Shown here piece by piece: positions 1 through 9,401 of a stretch of DNA of 57,587 bases. Source of the DNA: Gammaproteobacteria bacterium (GTDB taxonomy: Bacteria; Pseudomonadota; Gammaproteobacteria; UBA4575); assembly GCA_045105815.1 (NCBI GenBank), contig JBGCDX010000001.1, positions 1 through 57,587 of the forward strand, written 5' to 3'. Position 1 is the stretch's first letter; each line of letters starts with the position of its first letter. Both the position numbers and the translations under genes were made by a program. Under the pieces are notes generated by a model. It ran no database searches. It saw only the letters and a list, made by a program, of their open reading frames with translations, and was not told the origin of the DNA.

Positions 1-2
1 AA

Positions 3-158
3 TGTGTAGTTGCAGGCACTTCATCTACTATTGCTATGTTAAAAGGTGAAGAGAGTGGTTCTGCTTGGCTTGAAGAATTAGGTTTGCCTTACTTATGTAT
101 GAATCAAAATGAGGAAATATCAGGAACGCTTAAGCGTGTTAACAACTTTGAAACTTGA
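3..158 (+). CDS. apbE: 3' end of FAD:protein FMN transferase (ApbE family), truncated by window edge
   Basis: Manual translation CVVAGTSSTIAMLKGEESGSAWLEELGLPYLCM...NFET* resembles the ApbE C-terminus (AGxxSTxAMLxG...WL..LGLP). Not in the ORF track. Confidence 0.7.
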   Translation, partial: CVVAGTSSTIAMLKGEESGSAWLEELGLPYLCMNQNEEISGTLKRVNNFET

Positions 159-236
159 GCGATTATGAAGTCAATACTGACAGATCAGTGCCAGGTTAAA
201 ACTTAATCGATTCTTAAATGTGTGACCGTCACATAG

Positions 237-252
237 TGTGAAGGTCATCACA
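237..252. promoter_or_regulatory. CRP-family binding site
   Basis: TGTGA-aggtca-TCACA is an exact match to the TGTGA-N6-TCACA core. Confidence 0.55.
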
Positions 253-377
253 TTTTTGATTTAAATCTCTGAAAAAACATAACAAATCAACCGTTTATTC
301 GTGCTTTTCTACCACTGATCGATAAAAAGAGTTACTATTTCTTTGCCACATTGTTCCAACTCCAGTGGCAAACTTGG

Positions 378-412
378 AAGCCTTGTGGATGGATCCACAG
401 GGCTTTCTTATT
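378..412 (+). terminator. Rho-independent terminator-like hairpin
   Basis: AAGCCTTGTGGA-tgga-TCCACAGGGCTT stem (one G-U pair) followed by a T-rich tail (TCTTATT). Confidence 0.6.
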
Positions 413-421
413 GTTAGGTTC

Positions 422-1576
422 TTAAGAATTCTCATTGGTTAAAAATTTCTCGATTTGTTCTGCATTCTGTTCTGCATCTTTTTCACCTAGTTCAATTAAT
501 CGATTTAAATAATCTGGTTGAAACATTAACAACGAAAGTGAATCTGGACTTTTTGTATCACGTGTACCAAATCCACGTGTGAAGTATCGAAAGGGTTGAG
601 GTAGTTTAACTTCATATTGGCTCGCTAATTTCCCTAAATCTTCGCTAGGCCGCAGAATAAGTAATTCCACTTTATTTAGTTCTTCGCGTGTTTTTTTATT
701 TACTTCATCATAGAGCATATTGATACGGCTCATGTTTGCAGCATCATAATCAAGTAAGTCTAAAAATATTGAATCGAGCAAAATACCAATGATTTGAGCT
801 ACCGGTGCGAATTCTCCTATCATGGTTTCATCAGGTATAACTTCACCACCGCGATAACGTGTTGAAATGGCCAGAATCTTTTTTGCGCCTAAATGCATGG
901 TGGGTGAAAGTGGTGCAATGGAACGTATGCCCCCGTCACCATGCCAGCCATCATCTAGTTTGATAGCCGGGAATATTAGTGGCAACGCGGTGGATGCCAT
1001 TATGTGCTCAATGGTGATCTCTGCTGATTCACTACGCCTTCTTGGTCTTTGCCAATGATTACCTACGTCACCTTGTACCCATGTTATTGCTTTTCCTGTT
1101 CCATAATTAGTGCTCGAAATTCCTAATACTTGTAATATGCCTTTATCAATGTTTTCTTGAATGCCATGTATTCTATCGGTTGCTTTAGACGCTAATTTTT
1201 TTTCTAAAAATATTCGCAAAGGATCGCTATTTAGCAAACTACGTTTTCGTGGCCCCATGCGACTGCCACCAAGAATAAAACTTAAGCCCCACCGGAAAAA
1301 ATTAGAAAAGAAAAACCCACTATCTGTATGAAAAACTTTATCGGTTGTGAGTTCAAGCCATAGCTCTGCTAGTTGATCTACAGCGTCACAAAATGTTCCT
1401 TGGTAAGCTGCGAGATGAGCAGCATTAACCGCTCCGGCTGAAACTCCCGTAATAATAGGAGGCCGGAATTCTTCATGCTGATTGCAAATGTGTCGTAACA
1501 CGCCTACTTGGTAAGCAGCACGAGCGCCTCCACCCGTCATAGCTAAGCCGAGGCCTGTATTAATTGAAGATGACAT
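422..1576 (-). CDS. Patatin-like phospholipase family protein
   Basis: GGGARAAYQVG oxyanion motif, GVSAG nucleophile elbow and DGG motif. Confidence 0.9.
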   Translation of the reverse strand: MSSSINTGLGLAMTGGGARAAYQVGVLRHICNQHEEFRPPIITGVSAGAVNAAHLAAYQGTFCDAVDQLAELWLELTTDKVFHTDSGFFFSNFFRWGLSFILGGSRMGPRKRSLLNSDPLRIFLEKKLASKATDRIHGIQENIDKGILQVLGISSTNYGTGKAITWVQGDVGNHWQRPRRRSESAEITIEHIMASTALPLIFPAIKLDDGWHGDGGIRSIAPLSPTMHLGAKKILAISTRYRGGEVIPDETMIGEFAPVAQIIGILLDSIFLDLLDYDAANMSRINMLYDEVNKKTREELNKVELLILRPSEDLGKLASQYEVKLPQPFRYFTRGFGTRDTKSPDSLSLLMFQPDYLNRLIELGEKDAEQNAEQIEKFLTNENS

Positions 1577-1779
1577 ATTTTTTGACGGTCAAACTAAGCA
1601 TATAAAATTGTTTAGAGCCTGTTGAATATAGAGTAAAGTATTATTTCTTACTTTAGGTGAAAGGGTTTTGATGCAAATGCTTTCAAAATTACTTACAGTG
1701 CCGATATCTTATCGTCATGTTTTGATATTGCCTAGTCTTCAAGCTAATCAGCGCAACAATCTATAACTTAAATGGCCTG

Positions 1780-4449
1780 ATGAACGATATTGATCCTCAA
1801 GAAACACGAGAATGGTTAGATTCTTTACATGCAATCCTTGAAAATGATGGTGAGGATCGAGCACATTTCATCATAGAACAACTCATTACTGATGCTCGAT
1901 TAGCAGGTGTAAATTTACCTTTTAGGAATACGACTGCATACGTAAATACAATTCCTGCAGATGAGGAAGAACGATTACCTGGCAACCCTCAGATGGAGCA
2001 TCGGGTTCGTTCATTAGAACGGTGGAACGCTTTAGCTACTGTAATTAGAGCTAATAAAAAATTTCCTGAGTTGGGTGGACATATCTCTACCTATGCTTCT
2101 TCTGCCACGCTTATGAGCATAGGCTTTAATCATTTCTTTCGTCCCGCTAAAGAAGGCTTTGCTGGTGATTGTGTTTATTTTCAGGGCCATGCTGCACCAG
2201 GTGTATATGCACGTGCATTTTTGGAAGGTCGATTAAGTGAAGAGCAATTACTAAATTATCGACGAGAAGTTGAAGGCAAAGGGTTGTCTTCCTACCCACA
2301 TCCATGGTTGATGAAAGATTTTTGGCAGTTTCCAACTGTATCGATGGGCTTGGCCGGAATCATGGGGATCTATCAAGCGCGTTTTATGGAGTACTTACAT
2401 GACCGTGGCATTATCGATAAAAGTAATCGTAAGGTATGGGTGTTTACCGGCGATGGCGAAATGGATGAGCCCGAATCTTTAGGTGCTATATCTTTAGCTG
2501 CACGCGAAGAGTTAGATAATTTAATTTTTGTAATTAACTGCAACTTGCAACGCCTAGATGGGCCAGTGCGTGGTAATGGAAAAATAATCCAAGAACTTGA
2601 AGGTGTATTTCGTGGTGCAGGCTGGAACGTTATCAAAGTGGTATGGGGAGAAAACTGGGACCCATTGCTTGCAAAAGACAAAGATGGATTTTTGCGGAAA
2701 CGTATGGAAGAGGCTTTAGATGGTGATTATCAAAATTATCGCGCAAAAGGCGGTGCATATGTACGTGAGCATTTTTTTGGTAAATACCCAGAGCTAGATA
2801 AAATAATTGAAAACATGACTGACGATGATATTTGGCGTTTAAATCGTGGTGGTCATGACCAACAAAAAGTTTATGCAGCTTATGCAGCAGCCATGAAGCA
2901 CACTGGTCAGCCTACTGTGATCTTGGCTAAAACGGTTAAAGGCTATGGGCTTGGAAAAAGCGGTGAGAGTATGAACATTGCCCACCAATTAAAGAAGCCT
3001 ACAAAAGACTCGCTTCAAGCCTTTCGTGATCGATACCGTATTCCCATAAGTGATGAAGAACTGGAAGAAGTGCCTTTTTATAAGCCACCAGCCGATAGCC
3101 CTGAAATGCTTTATATCAAGCAGTTACGTGAAAAGTTACAAGGTGAATTGCCAAAACGTAATCAAAGTGAAATTAATTTAGAAATTCCATCTATTGAGGT
3201 TTTTAATGACATTATTTCGGGTAGTGATGGTCGAGAAAACTCAACTACCATGGCGTTTGTAAGAATCTTAATTGCTTTGACACGTGATAAAGCGATTGCA
3301 AAATATGTTGTGCCAATTGTTCCTGATGAAGCGCGTACATTTGGTATGGAAGGTTTGTTTCGAAGTTTGGGTATCTATGCTCATAAAGGACAGTTATATG
3401 ATCCGGTAGATGCTGATCAAGTAATGTATTACCGCGAGGATCAAGCTGGGCAAATACTGGAAGAAGGTATTAATGAGGCAGGCGCAATGTCCTCATGGAT
3501 AGCAGCTGCAACCTCTTATAGTAATCATGATGTTCCAATGATTCCGTTTTATATTTATTATTCTATGTTTGGGTTTCAGCGTATAGGTGACTTAGCTTGG
3601 GCTGCGGGCGATAGTCGTGCACGTGGTTTCTTAATTGGAGGTACTGCTGGTAGAACAACCTTGGCAGGTGAAGGTTTACAACATCAAGATGGCCATAGCC
3701 ATTTATTAGCTTCAACTATTCCTAATTGCCGGGCTTATGATCCTACTTATGCATATGAGCTTGCTGTGATAGTGCATCACGGAATGCAAACCATGTTTGT
3801 GAAAAAGGAAGACTACTATTATTACATAACCGTAATGAATGAGAACTATGCGCAACCCCCTATGCCAGAGGGTTGTGAAGAGGGAATAATTAGCGGTATG
3901 TACTGTTTACAACCTTTCCAAGAAAAACCAGACTCAACGGCACACCCTAATATACAACACGTCCAACTTATGGGCAGTGGTGCGATTTTACGTGAAGTAA
4001 TTGCTGCAGCTGATATCTTGAATAATGACTATTCTATAACGTCTGATATTTGGAGTGTTACCAGTTTCAATCGTTTGCGACGTAACGGCATGGAAGTGCA
4101 ACGTTGGAATATGTTGCATCCCAATGCAGAACATAAAAAATCTTATGTGGAAAAATGCTTGGACGATAAAAAAGGTCCAGTCATCGCAGCCTCGGATTAC
4201 ATGAAAATATATGCAGATCAAATTCGACCATACATAAAATCAAATTATGTAGTGTTAGGTACAGATGGATTTGGCCGCAGCGATACACGTAAGCAATTAC
4301 GCCATCATTTTGAAGTAAACGCTCATTATATTGTCATTGCAGCTATCTATAGTTTGATTGAAGAAGGCGCGCTTGGAAAAGAAATTTTAAAAAACGCGAT
4401 GCAAAAGTATGGCATTGATCCTAATAAAGCTGATCCAGTAGTATCTTAA
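1780..4449 (+). CDS. aceE: Pyruvate dehydrogenase E1, homodimeric type
   Basis: N-terminal DIDPQETREW, TPP-binding GDGEMDEPES motif, GFGRSDTR; 889 aa. Confidence 0.98.
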   Translation: MNDIDPQETREWLDSLHAILENDGEDRAHFIIEQLITDARLAGVNLPFRNTTAYVNTIPADEEERLPGNPQMEHRVRSLERWNALATVIRANKKFPELGGHISTYASSATLMSIGFNHFFRPAKEGFAGDCVYFQGHAAPGVYARAFLEGRLSEEQLLNYRREVEGKGLSSYPHPWLMKDFWQFPTVSMGLAGIMGIYQARFMEYLHDRGIIDKSNRKVWVFTGDGEMDEPESLGAISLAAREELDNLIFVINCNLQRLDGPVRGNGKIIQELEGVFRGAGWNVIKVVWGENWDPLLAKDKDGFLRKRMEEALDGDYQNYRAKGGAYVREHFFGKYPELDKIIENMTDDDIWRLNRGGHDQQKVYAAYAAAMKHTGQPTVILAKTVKGYGLGKSGESMNIAHQLKKPTKDSLQAFRDRYRIPISDEELEEVPFYKPPADSPEMLYIKQLREKLQGELPKRNQSEINLEIPSIEVFNDIISGSDGRENSTTMAFVRILIALTRDKAIAKYVVPIVPDEARTFGMEGLFRSLGIYAHKGQLYDPVDADQVMYYREDQAGQILEEGINEAGAMSSWIAAATSYSNHDVPMIPFYIYYSMFGFQRIGDLAWAAGDSRARGFLIGGTAGRTTLAGEGLQHQDGHSHLLASTIPNCRAYDPTYAYELAVIVHHGMQTMFVKKEDYYYYITVMNENYAQPPMPEGCEEGIISGMYCLQPFQEKPDSTAHPNIQHVQLMGSGAILREVIAAADILNNDYSITSDIWSVTSFNRLRRNGMEVQRWNMLHPNAEHKKSYVEKCLDDKKGPVIAASDYMKIYADQIRPYIKSNYVVLGTDGFGRSDTRKQLRHHFEVNAHYIVIAAIYSLIEEGALGKEILKNAMQKYGIDPNKADPVVS

Positions 4450-4468
4450 TAGCTAACTAGAGTGCGTT

Positions 4469-5755
4469 GTGAGTGAAGTAAAAAAAATCTCGATTACTGA
4501 CATTGCAGAGTTCGATTCTGTAGATGTAGTAGAAATATTAGTAAAAGTAGGTGATGAGATCTCAATAGATCAGCCTCTAGTTACTATTGAGAGTGAGAAA
4601 GCGATGATGGATTATCCTTCACCGCTCGCGGGTGTAGTTGAAGAAGTTATTGTGCGGGATGGTGATAAAATTGTAGAAGGTGATGCTTTAATTGCCTTAA
4701 AGGTTGCATCACGTACTACAGAAATACAAGCTCAATCAGAAGCACAAAATCTGCCAGATCCACGCAAAGAAATTAGCAATCACACAACATCATCAAAAGT
4801 TAAGGCACATCAAGTTTCTTCAAATAGTGTCGCTAGTCAAGATTCAAATCAAGGTAGAATTTCAGGCACAGCAGCCTATACCAGCCCAGAAAACAATAAG
4901 TATTCACGTGAACTAGGCGTGAATTTAGAAAACGTGCGGGGTACGGGTCGAAATCAAAGAATTGTTAAAGAAGATATTCAAGAGTACGTTCGTGAACGCC
5001 TGCAAGGAGGGCATATCGAGGGTGGCAAATCTGATAAACCATTAGATTTTTCTAAATATGGGGATTCATCAGCAAAGGAACTAACTAAGATTCAGAAATT
5101 AACTGCAGATAATATGCTGAATGCATGGCAGAGTATTCCCCATGTTACGCATTTTGATCAAGCAGACATTACTCAGCTTGAAAGACATCGCAAGCAGTTG
5201 GCGAATGAGTTAACAGCTAAAAAAATTAAACTTACGCCGCTTGTGTTTGTAGCTAAAGCGCTGGTTGCCACTTTAAAAAAATTTCCACAATTTAATTGTT
5301 CTCTTGATGTTGCATCTGAAACAATTATTTATAAAGAATTTTTCCATATTGGTATCGCGGTGGATACTGAGTATGGTCTATTTGTTCCAGTGTTACGTGA
5401 GGTAGATAAAAAATCTATTGAGCAACTTGCAGTAGAGCTAGTTGAAATTAGTGAACTTGCCAAGCAAAGAAAATTAACCCCTAAGCATATGGGTGGTGCC
5501 AGTATGACGATTTCAAGTTTAGGAAATTTAGGTGGCCAATCCTTCACACCCATCATTAATCCTCCCGAAGTCGCGATTTTAGGCTTATCTAAAATGATTT
5601 TGAAAGAAAGCGTATTAGATTCAAATATAACACAGCAAAAACTACTCCCACTTTCATTGTCTTATGATCATCGTGTCATTAATGGCGCCGATGCAGCAAG
5701 ATTTTGTACCTACTTAACATCAGTGTTGGAAGATATATGGAAGCTCATTTTATAA
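4469..5755 (+). CDS. aceF: Dihydrolipoamide acetyltransferase E2 with one lipoyl domain
   Basis: Lipoyl motif ESEKA, subunit-binding domain (ELGVNLENVRGTG), catalytic DHRVING; follows aceE. Confidence 0.93.
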   Translation: MSEVKKISITDIAEFDSVDVVEILVKVGDEISIDQPLVTIESEKAMMDYPSPLAGVVEEVIVRDGDKIVEGDALIALKVASRTTEIQAQSEAQNLPDPRKEISNHTTSSKVKAHQVSSNSVASQDSNQGRISGTAAYTSPENNKYSRELGVNLENVRGTGRNQRIVKEDIQEYVRERLQGGHIEGGKSDKPLDFSKYGDSSAKELTKIQKLTADNMLNAWQSIPHVTHFDQADITQLERHRKQLANELTAKKIKLTPLVFVAKALVATLKKFPQFNCSLDVASETIIYKEFFHIGIAVDTEYGLFVPVLREVDKKSIEQLAVELVEISELAKQRKLTPKHMGGASMTISSLGNLGGQSFTPIINPPEVAILGLSKMILKESVLDSNITQQKLLPLSLSYDHRVINGADAARFCTYLTSVLEDIWKLIL

Positions 5756-5797
5756 AATGTTGCTTGAACTTAAATTTAGTAAAAACCTACTATGCAC

Positions 5798-5826
5798 AAA
5801 AAAGGCCAGCAGTAGCTGGCCTTTTT
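5798..5826. terminator. Bidirectional intrinsic terminator between aceF and the PEP-CTERM gene
   Basis: AAAAAAGGCCAGC-agta-GCTGGCCTTTTT between convergent genes. Confidence 0.9.
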
Positions 5827-5848
5827 AATATGAATACTATTTAATATT

Positions 5849-6580
5849 TTACTTAAATAGCTTCTTTTTTCTTGCTGCGCCTAAACCTAATAGACCAAGA
5901 CCCATTAATGCAAAGGATGTTGGCTCAGGAACTTCTGCTGTTACACAGCCACGATCGTTAGTTCCACAGTCACCGTCCATGTGTGTGTCATACCAGTACG
6001 CATTTTTAGGGTTGAACTTCTTGATTTCTCCATTCTTTTTGAATTTTGCATCAAGCTTGTAAATTGGGTGGAACCAGAGGCCAATATTGTCAGCAAACTG
6101 TGTACCATCCCACTCAGGTCCAAAGTTCATTCCATTCATTGCAGTAGCATCAAAGCTAAAGCCAAAGGTATCTGAACCGTTGTTATACATGCTTGATGAA
6201 TAGTCTCCAATAAACGGGTTGCTTGTCCACGCACCCGGCCCATTCTTGCCATCATACACATAGGCTGAAAGGTTATTAGACTTATAGTCCCCATAGAACA
6301 TGGTGTATTCGTTTACGTTAGACTTTGGGTTAGGTCCATCGCTTACAACAAGCCAAAAGCCCTTGGCTTTATTATTGTTGTAGTTCACTTCCCAGGAAAA
6401 TTGGTTAGTCACATCATTAAATGATGCGGATATTGAGTCATATCCAAGACCTTTAGGGTTTACTGTTGTATTGCTAAATATTCCTGCCGTATTAGAGTTA
6501 TAGGTATAAACCGTTGCATTTGCTGAAGCAGCAAATATGCAACCAGTTAGAATTAAGGATGCTACTGTAAGCGCTTTCAT
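5849..6580 (-). CDS. Secreted PEP-CTERM sorting-domain protein
   Basis: Signal peptide ending ASANA; C-terminal VPEP, hydrophobic helix and basic RKKK tail; GGAAGGAAG purine-rich RBS upstream. Confidence 0.92.
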   Translation of the reverse strand: MKALTVASLILTGCIFAASANATVYTYNSNTAGIFSNTTVNPKGLGYDSISASFNDVTNQFSWEVNYNNNKAKGFWLVVSDGPNPKSNVNEYTMFYGDYKSNNLSAYVYDGKNGPGAWTSNPFIGDYSSSMYNNGSDTFGFSFDATAMNGMNFGPEWDGTQFADNIGLWFHPIYKLDAKFKKNGEIKKFNPKNAYWYDTHMDGDCGTNDRGCVTAEVPEPTSFALMGLGLLGLGAARKKKLFK

Positions 6581-6693
6581 TAATTGACTTCCTTCCTTAG
6601 AAAAATATAAAAATTAACACAGCTTTTATACGCAAATTACCTCTCAATAATGTGAACGTGCTGTATATAAACTACTGAAAGGAAATCTTAATG

Positions 6694-6736
6694 AAAAAGG
6701 GCTTAAAGTGTCGTGCTCAAGATCACACTAAGCCCC
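6694..6736 (-). terminator. Terminator-like hairpin downstream of the EF-hand gene
   Basis: Minus strand GGGCTTA...TAAGCCC stem with inner GTGT/ACAC pairing, followed by TTTTT. Confidence 0.5.
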
Positions 6737-6802
6737 GTACTTCTTAGGTTGACAGAGTAGTTTGTCTACCGCGTCACAGTTTATAGTTTTGTTTAAAAAT
6801 TA

Positions 6803-7087
6803 TTATTTTTTACTTGGGTGCACAAATTTATCTGTCCAAGGAGATAGCTGCAAAAATTCTCTAAATTCTGCACGATTAATTTGGTTATTAGAATCTTCAT
6901 CAAAGCGATTAAAAATATCATCCTCCGCTAGGTTGTAGACATTTTTAGCTTCATCACGATCTAATCGCTCATTCCGGTCAAGATCAGAACCAAAAAATAG
7001 ACCATCTTCAAAACCGCGACCCCCACCAATCCCTAAAACAGTAGTTAATGGCATTAGTAAAATAATAGTAGCTACAAAGTACTTCAT
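6803..7087 (-). CDS. Small secreted EF-hand protein
   Basis: Signal-like N-terminus; two EF-hand loops, DLDRNERLDRDE and DEDSNNQINRAE; GGAG upstream. Confidence 0.75.
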   Translation of the reverse strand: MKYFVATIILLMPLTTVLGIGGGRGFEDGLFFGSDLDRNERLDRDEAKNVYNLAEDDIFNRFDEDSNNQINRAEFREFLQLSPWTDKFVHPSKK

Positions 7088-7363
7088 ATTTCTTGCTCCA
7101 ATTGATTGTTCATTAATTAATAGACTCGATTATTCACTAATGATTACAATTTTATTATTAATAAATTGTAATGTCTGAAATAGTATTTATTCTCAAGATA
7201 AGAGAAATCAATATTTGAATAACAATATATGTTATTGATTTGAGAGAAGATTATTTTTGAAGTACTACGTGGTGAATACCTGATCGCGCATACTGGCAAT
7301 GCCTATGTTTCTGTTGACTATGAGCGGCAAGATTTCGTGATAAATTAACTTCAAATAAAATTG

Positions 7364-7440
7364 TGGTGGGCCCACCAGGACTCGAACCTGGGACCTGCCG
7401 ATTATGAGTCGGACGCTCTAACCAACTGAGCTATGGGCCC
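7364..7440 (-). tRNA. ileX: tRNA-Ile2 (anticodon CAT, lysidine-modified type)
   Basis: 77-nt cloverleaf GGGCCCATAGCTCAGTTGGTTAGAGC...CTCATAA...GGTTCGAGTCC...CACCA. Sequence type and position downstream of rpoD favour Ile2 over Met. Confidence 0.92.
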
Positions 7441-7495
7441 TATGAGGTAATAGTTTTGGATAGGGAATTTTACTCTATTCCCTATTTGATTTCTC

Positions 7496-9310
7496 TTATT
7501 CTAATTCTAGAAAACTGCGTAATTGCTCTGAACGGCTTGGGTGACGAAGTTTGCGTAATGCTTTGGCTTCAATCTGACGAATACGTTCGCGAGTTACGTC
7601 AAATTGTTTCCCAACCTCTTCTAAGGTGTGATCGGTATTCATATCAATTCCAAACCGCATACGCAATACTTTTGCTTCACGAGGAGTAAGAGAGGCAAGA
7701 ATTTCTCGAGTCGCTTCACCTAAACCTTCAAATGCCGCTGAGTCGACTGGAGATTCAATCGTTGCATCTTCAATGAAGTCACCTAGATGTGAGTCTTCAT
7801 CATCACCTATTGGGGTTTCCATTGAGATAGGTTCTTTAGCAATTTTGAGTACTTTGCGAACTTTGTCTTCCGGCATTTCCATACGTTCAGCAAGTTCTTC
7901 AGGTAAAGCTTCACGACCCATCTCTTGCAGCATTTGTCTAGAAATACGATTGAGTTTATTTATGGTCTCAATCATGTGGACAGGTATGCGAATGGTTCGT
8001 GCTTGGTCTGCGATTGAGCGTGTAATTGCTTGTCGTATCCACCAAGTGGCATAAGTTGAAAATTTATAGCCGCGACGGTATTCAAATTTGTCTACCGCTT
8101 TCATCAGGCCAATGTTGCCTTCTTGAATTAAATCTAAGAATTGTAGTCCACGGTTAGTGTATTTCTTAGCAATTGAAATAACTAAGCGTAGATTAGCTTC
8201 AACCATCTCTTTCTTCGCACGCCTGGCTTTAGCTTCTCCTATCGACATGCGTCTATTGATGTCTTTAATTTCACTAACAGTAAGGCTAATTTCTTTTTCA
8301 ATAAGTACTAGTTTGTCTTGTTCTTTTTGAATCTCTGGTTTTAAAGCTGCAAGTGCGGTAGCAAATTTAGCGTTGCCTTTAGCAAGTTCGTCTAACCAGA
8401 TAATATCTGTTTCACTACCTGAAAAAGCTTCAATAAATTTACTACGAGGCATTTTTGCATCATGCACACAGACTTGCATAATACTGCGTTCATGTGAACG
8501 AATGCGGTTCATCATTATGCGAACATCTTCAGTAAGAATATCTACGATCTTAGGTACTAACTTGACCATCGTAAATTCTTCTGCAAGCTTTTCACGTGCT
8601 TTTGCTAGTTTCTTTTCATCTTCTACTACAGCTGGATTATCAAGTTTTTTGAATAGCTTTTCTAATCCTTTGAAGTATGCACGCGCTTCTTCTGGATCTG
8701 GGCCAGTGTCAACTTCTTCTTCCTCTTCGCCTTCAACTTGGTTCTTTTCTTTTTCTGCTTGTTGTTGTGCTGCAGGTGGTGGGATTGCATCCAGATCTTC
8801 ATCCGGGTCAATAAACCCAGTAATTAAATCAGTAAGTCGTAATTCTTCAGCTTCAACTTTGTTATACATAAATAACAATTTTTCAATAGTCGCTGGATAA
8901 TGCCCAATTGCAAATAAGACTTGTCGCAATCCATCTTCAATGCGTTTAGCAATTTTGATCTCGCCTTCGCGAGTTAATAGATTAACGATACCCATTTCAC
9001 GCATATACATGCGAACCGGATCTGTAGTGCGTCCAAATTCACTGTCTACTGTTGCTAGTGCGGCGGCGGCTTCTTCTTCAACATCATCGTCTGTAGCTGC
9101 ACTATCAGAAAGAATTAAACTATCTGCATCAGGGGCCTGTTCATGAACTTTGATACCCATGTCGTTAATCATGCTAACGATATCTTCTATTTGTTCAGGG
9201 TCAACAATTCCGCTGGGCAGATGGTCATTTACCTCTGCATAGGTAAGGTAACCTTGCTCTTTACCTTTAGCGATAAGTTGTTTAATACTGGATTGCTGAT
9301 CTTCGTCCAT
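7496..9310 (-). CDS. rpoD: RNA polymerase sigma-70 factor RpoD
   Basis: Region 1.1, [30 protein letters not shown] and region-4 HTH. Confidence 0.99.
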   Translation of the reverse strand: MDEDQQSSIKQLIAKGKEQGYLTYAEVNDHLPSGIVDPEQIEDIVSMINDMGIKVHEQAPDADSLILSDSAATDDDVEEEAAAALATVDSEFGRTTDPVRMYMREMGIVNLLTREGEIKIAKRIEDGLRQVLFAIGHYPATIEKLLFMYNKVEAEELRLTDLITGFIDPDEDLDAIPPPAAQQQAEKEKNQVEGEEEEEVDTGPDPEEARAYFKGLEKLFKKLDNPAVVEDEKKLAKAREKLAEEFTMVKLVPKIVDILTEDVRIMMNRIRSHERSIMQVCVHDAKMPRSKFIEAFSGSETDIIWLDELAKGNAKFATALAALKPEIQKEQDKLVLIEKEISLTVSEIKDINRRMSIGEAKARRAKKEMVEANLRLVISIAKKYTNRGLQFLDLIQEGNIGLMKAVDKFEYRRGYKFSTYATWWIRQAITRSIADQARTIRIPVHMIETINKLNRISRQMLQEMGREALPEELAERMEMPEDKVRKVLKIAKEPISMETPIGDDEDSHLGDFIEDATIESPVDSAAFEGLGEATREILASLTPREAKVLRMRFGIDMNTDHTLEEVGKQFDVTRERIRQIEAKALRKLRHPSRSEQLRSFLELE

Positions 9311-9354
9311 TTTTTACCAAACTCAGATTTGAGGGATTATTGAGTGAACCGGCG

Positions 9355-9376
9355 ATTTTATCAGAAAAGTCTGATA
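9355..9376 (-). promoter_or_regulatory. Putative extended -10 promoter for rpoD overlapped by a 7-4-7 palindrome
   Basis: Minus strand TG-a-TAAAAT followed by GC-rich CGCCGG; plus strand TATCAGA-aaag-TCTGATA. Confidence 0.4.
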
Positions 9377-9401
9377 TAGGTAGTATCCATCCGTACTATA
9401 T

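Noticed and set aside
256-269. FNR box TTGAT-ttaa-ATCTC
   Set aside because: Two mismatches in one half-site within AT-rich DNA; too weak to call.
6690-6790. c-di-GMP-I (GEMM) riboswitch upstream of the PEP-CTERM gene
   Set aside because: It has a CAAAC-like segment but lacks the GNRA tetraloop/receptor and the P2 consensus.
7364-7440. tRNA-Met or initiator tRNA
   Set aside because: The first acceptor pair is matched, there is no GGG/CCC anticodon stem, and the rpoD-linked position fits Ile2.
7460-7485. rpoD terminator
   Set aside because: The 9-bp stem has no U-tract on the minus strand, so it is not called a terminator.
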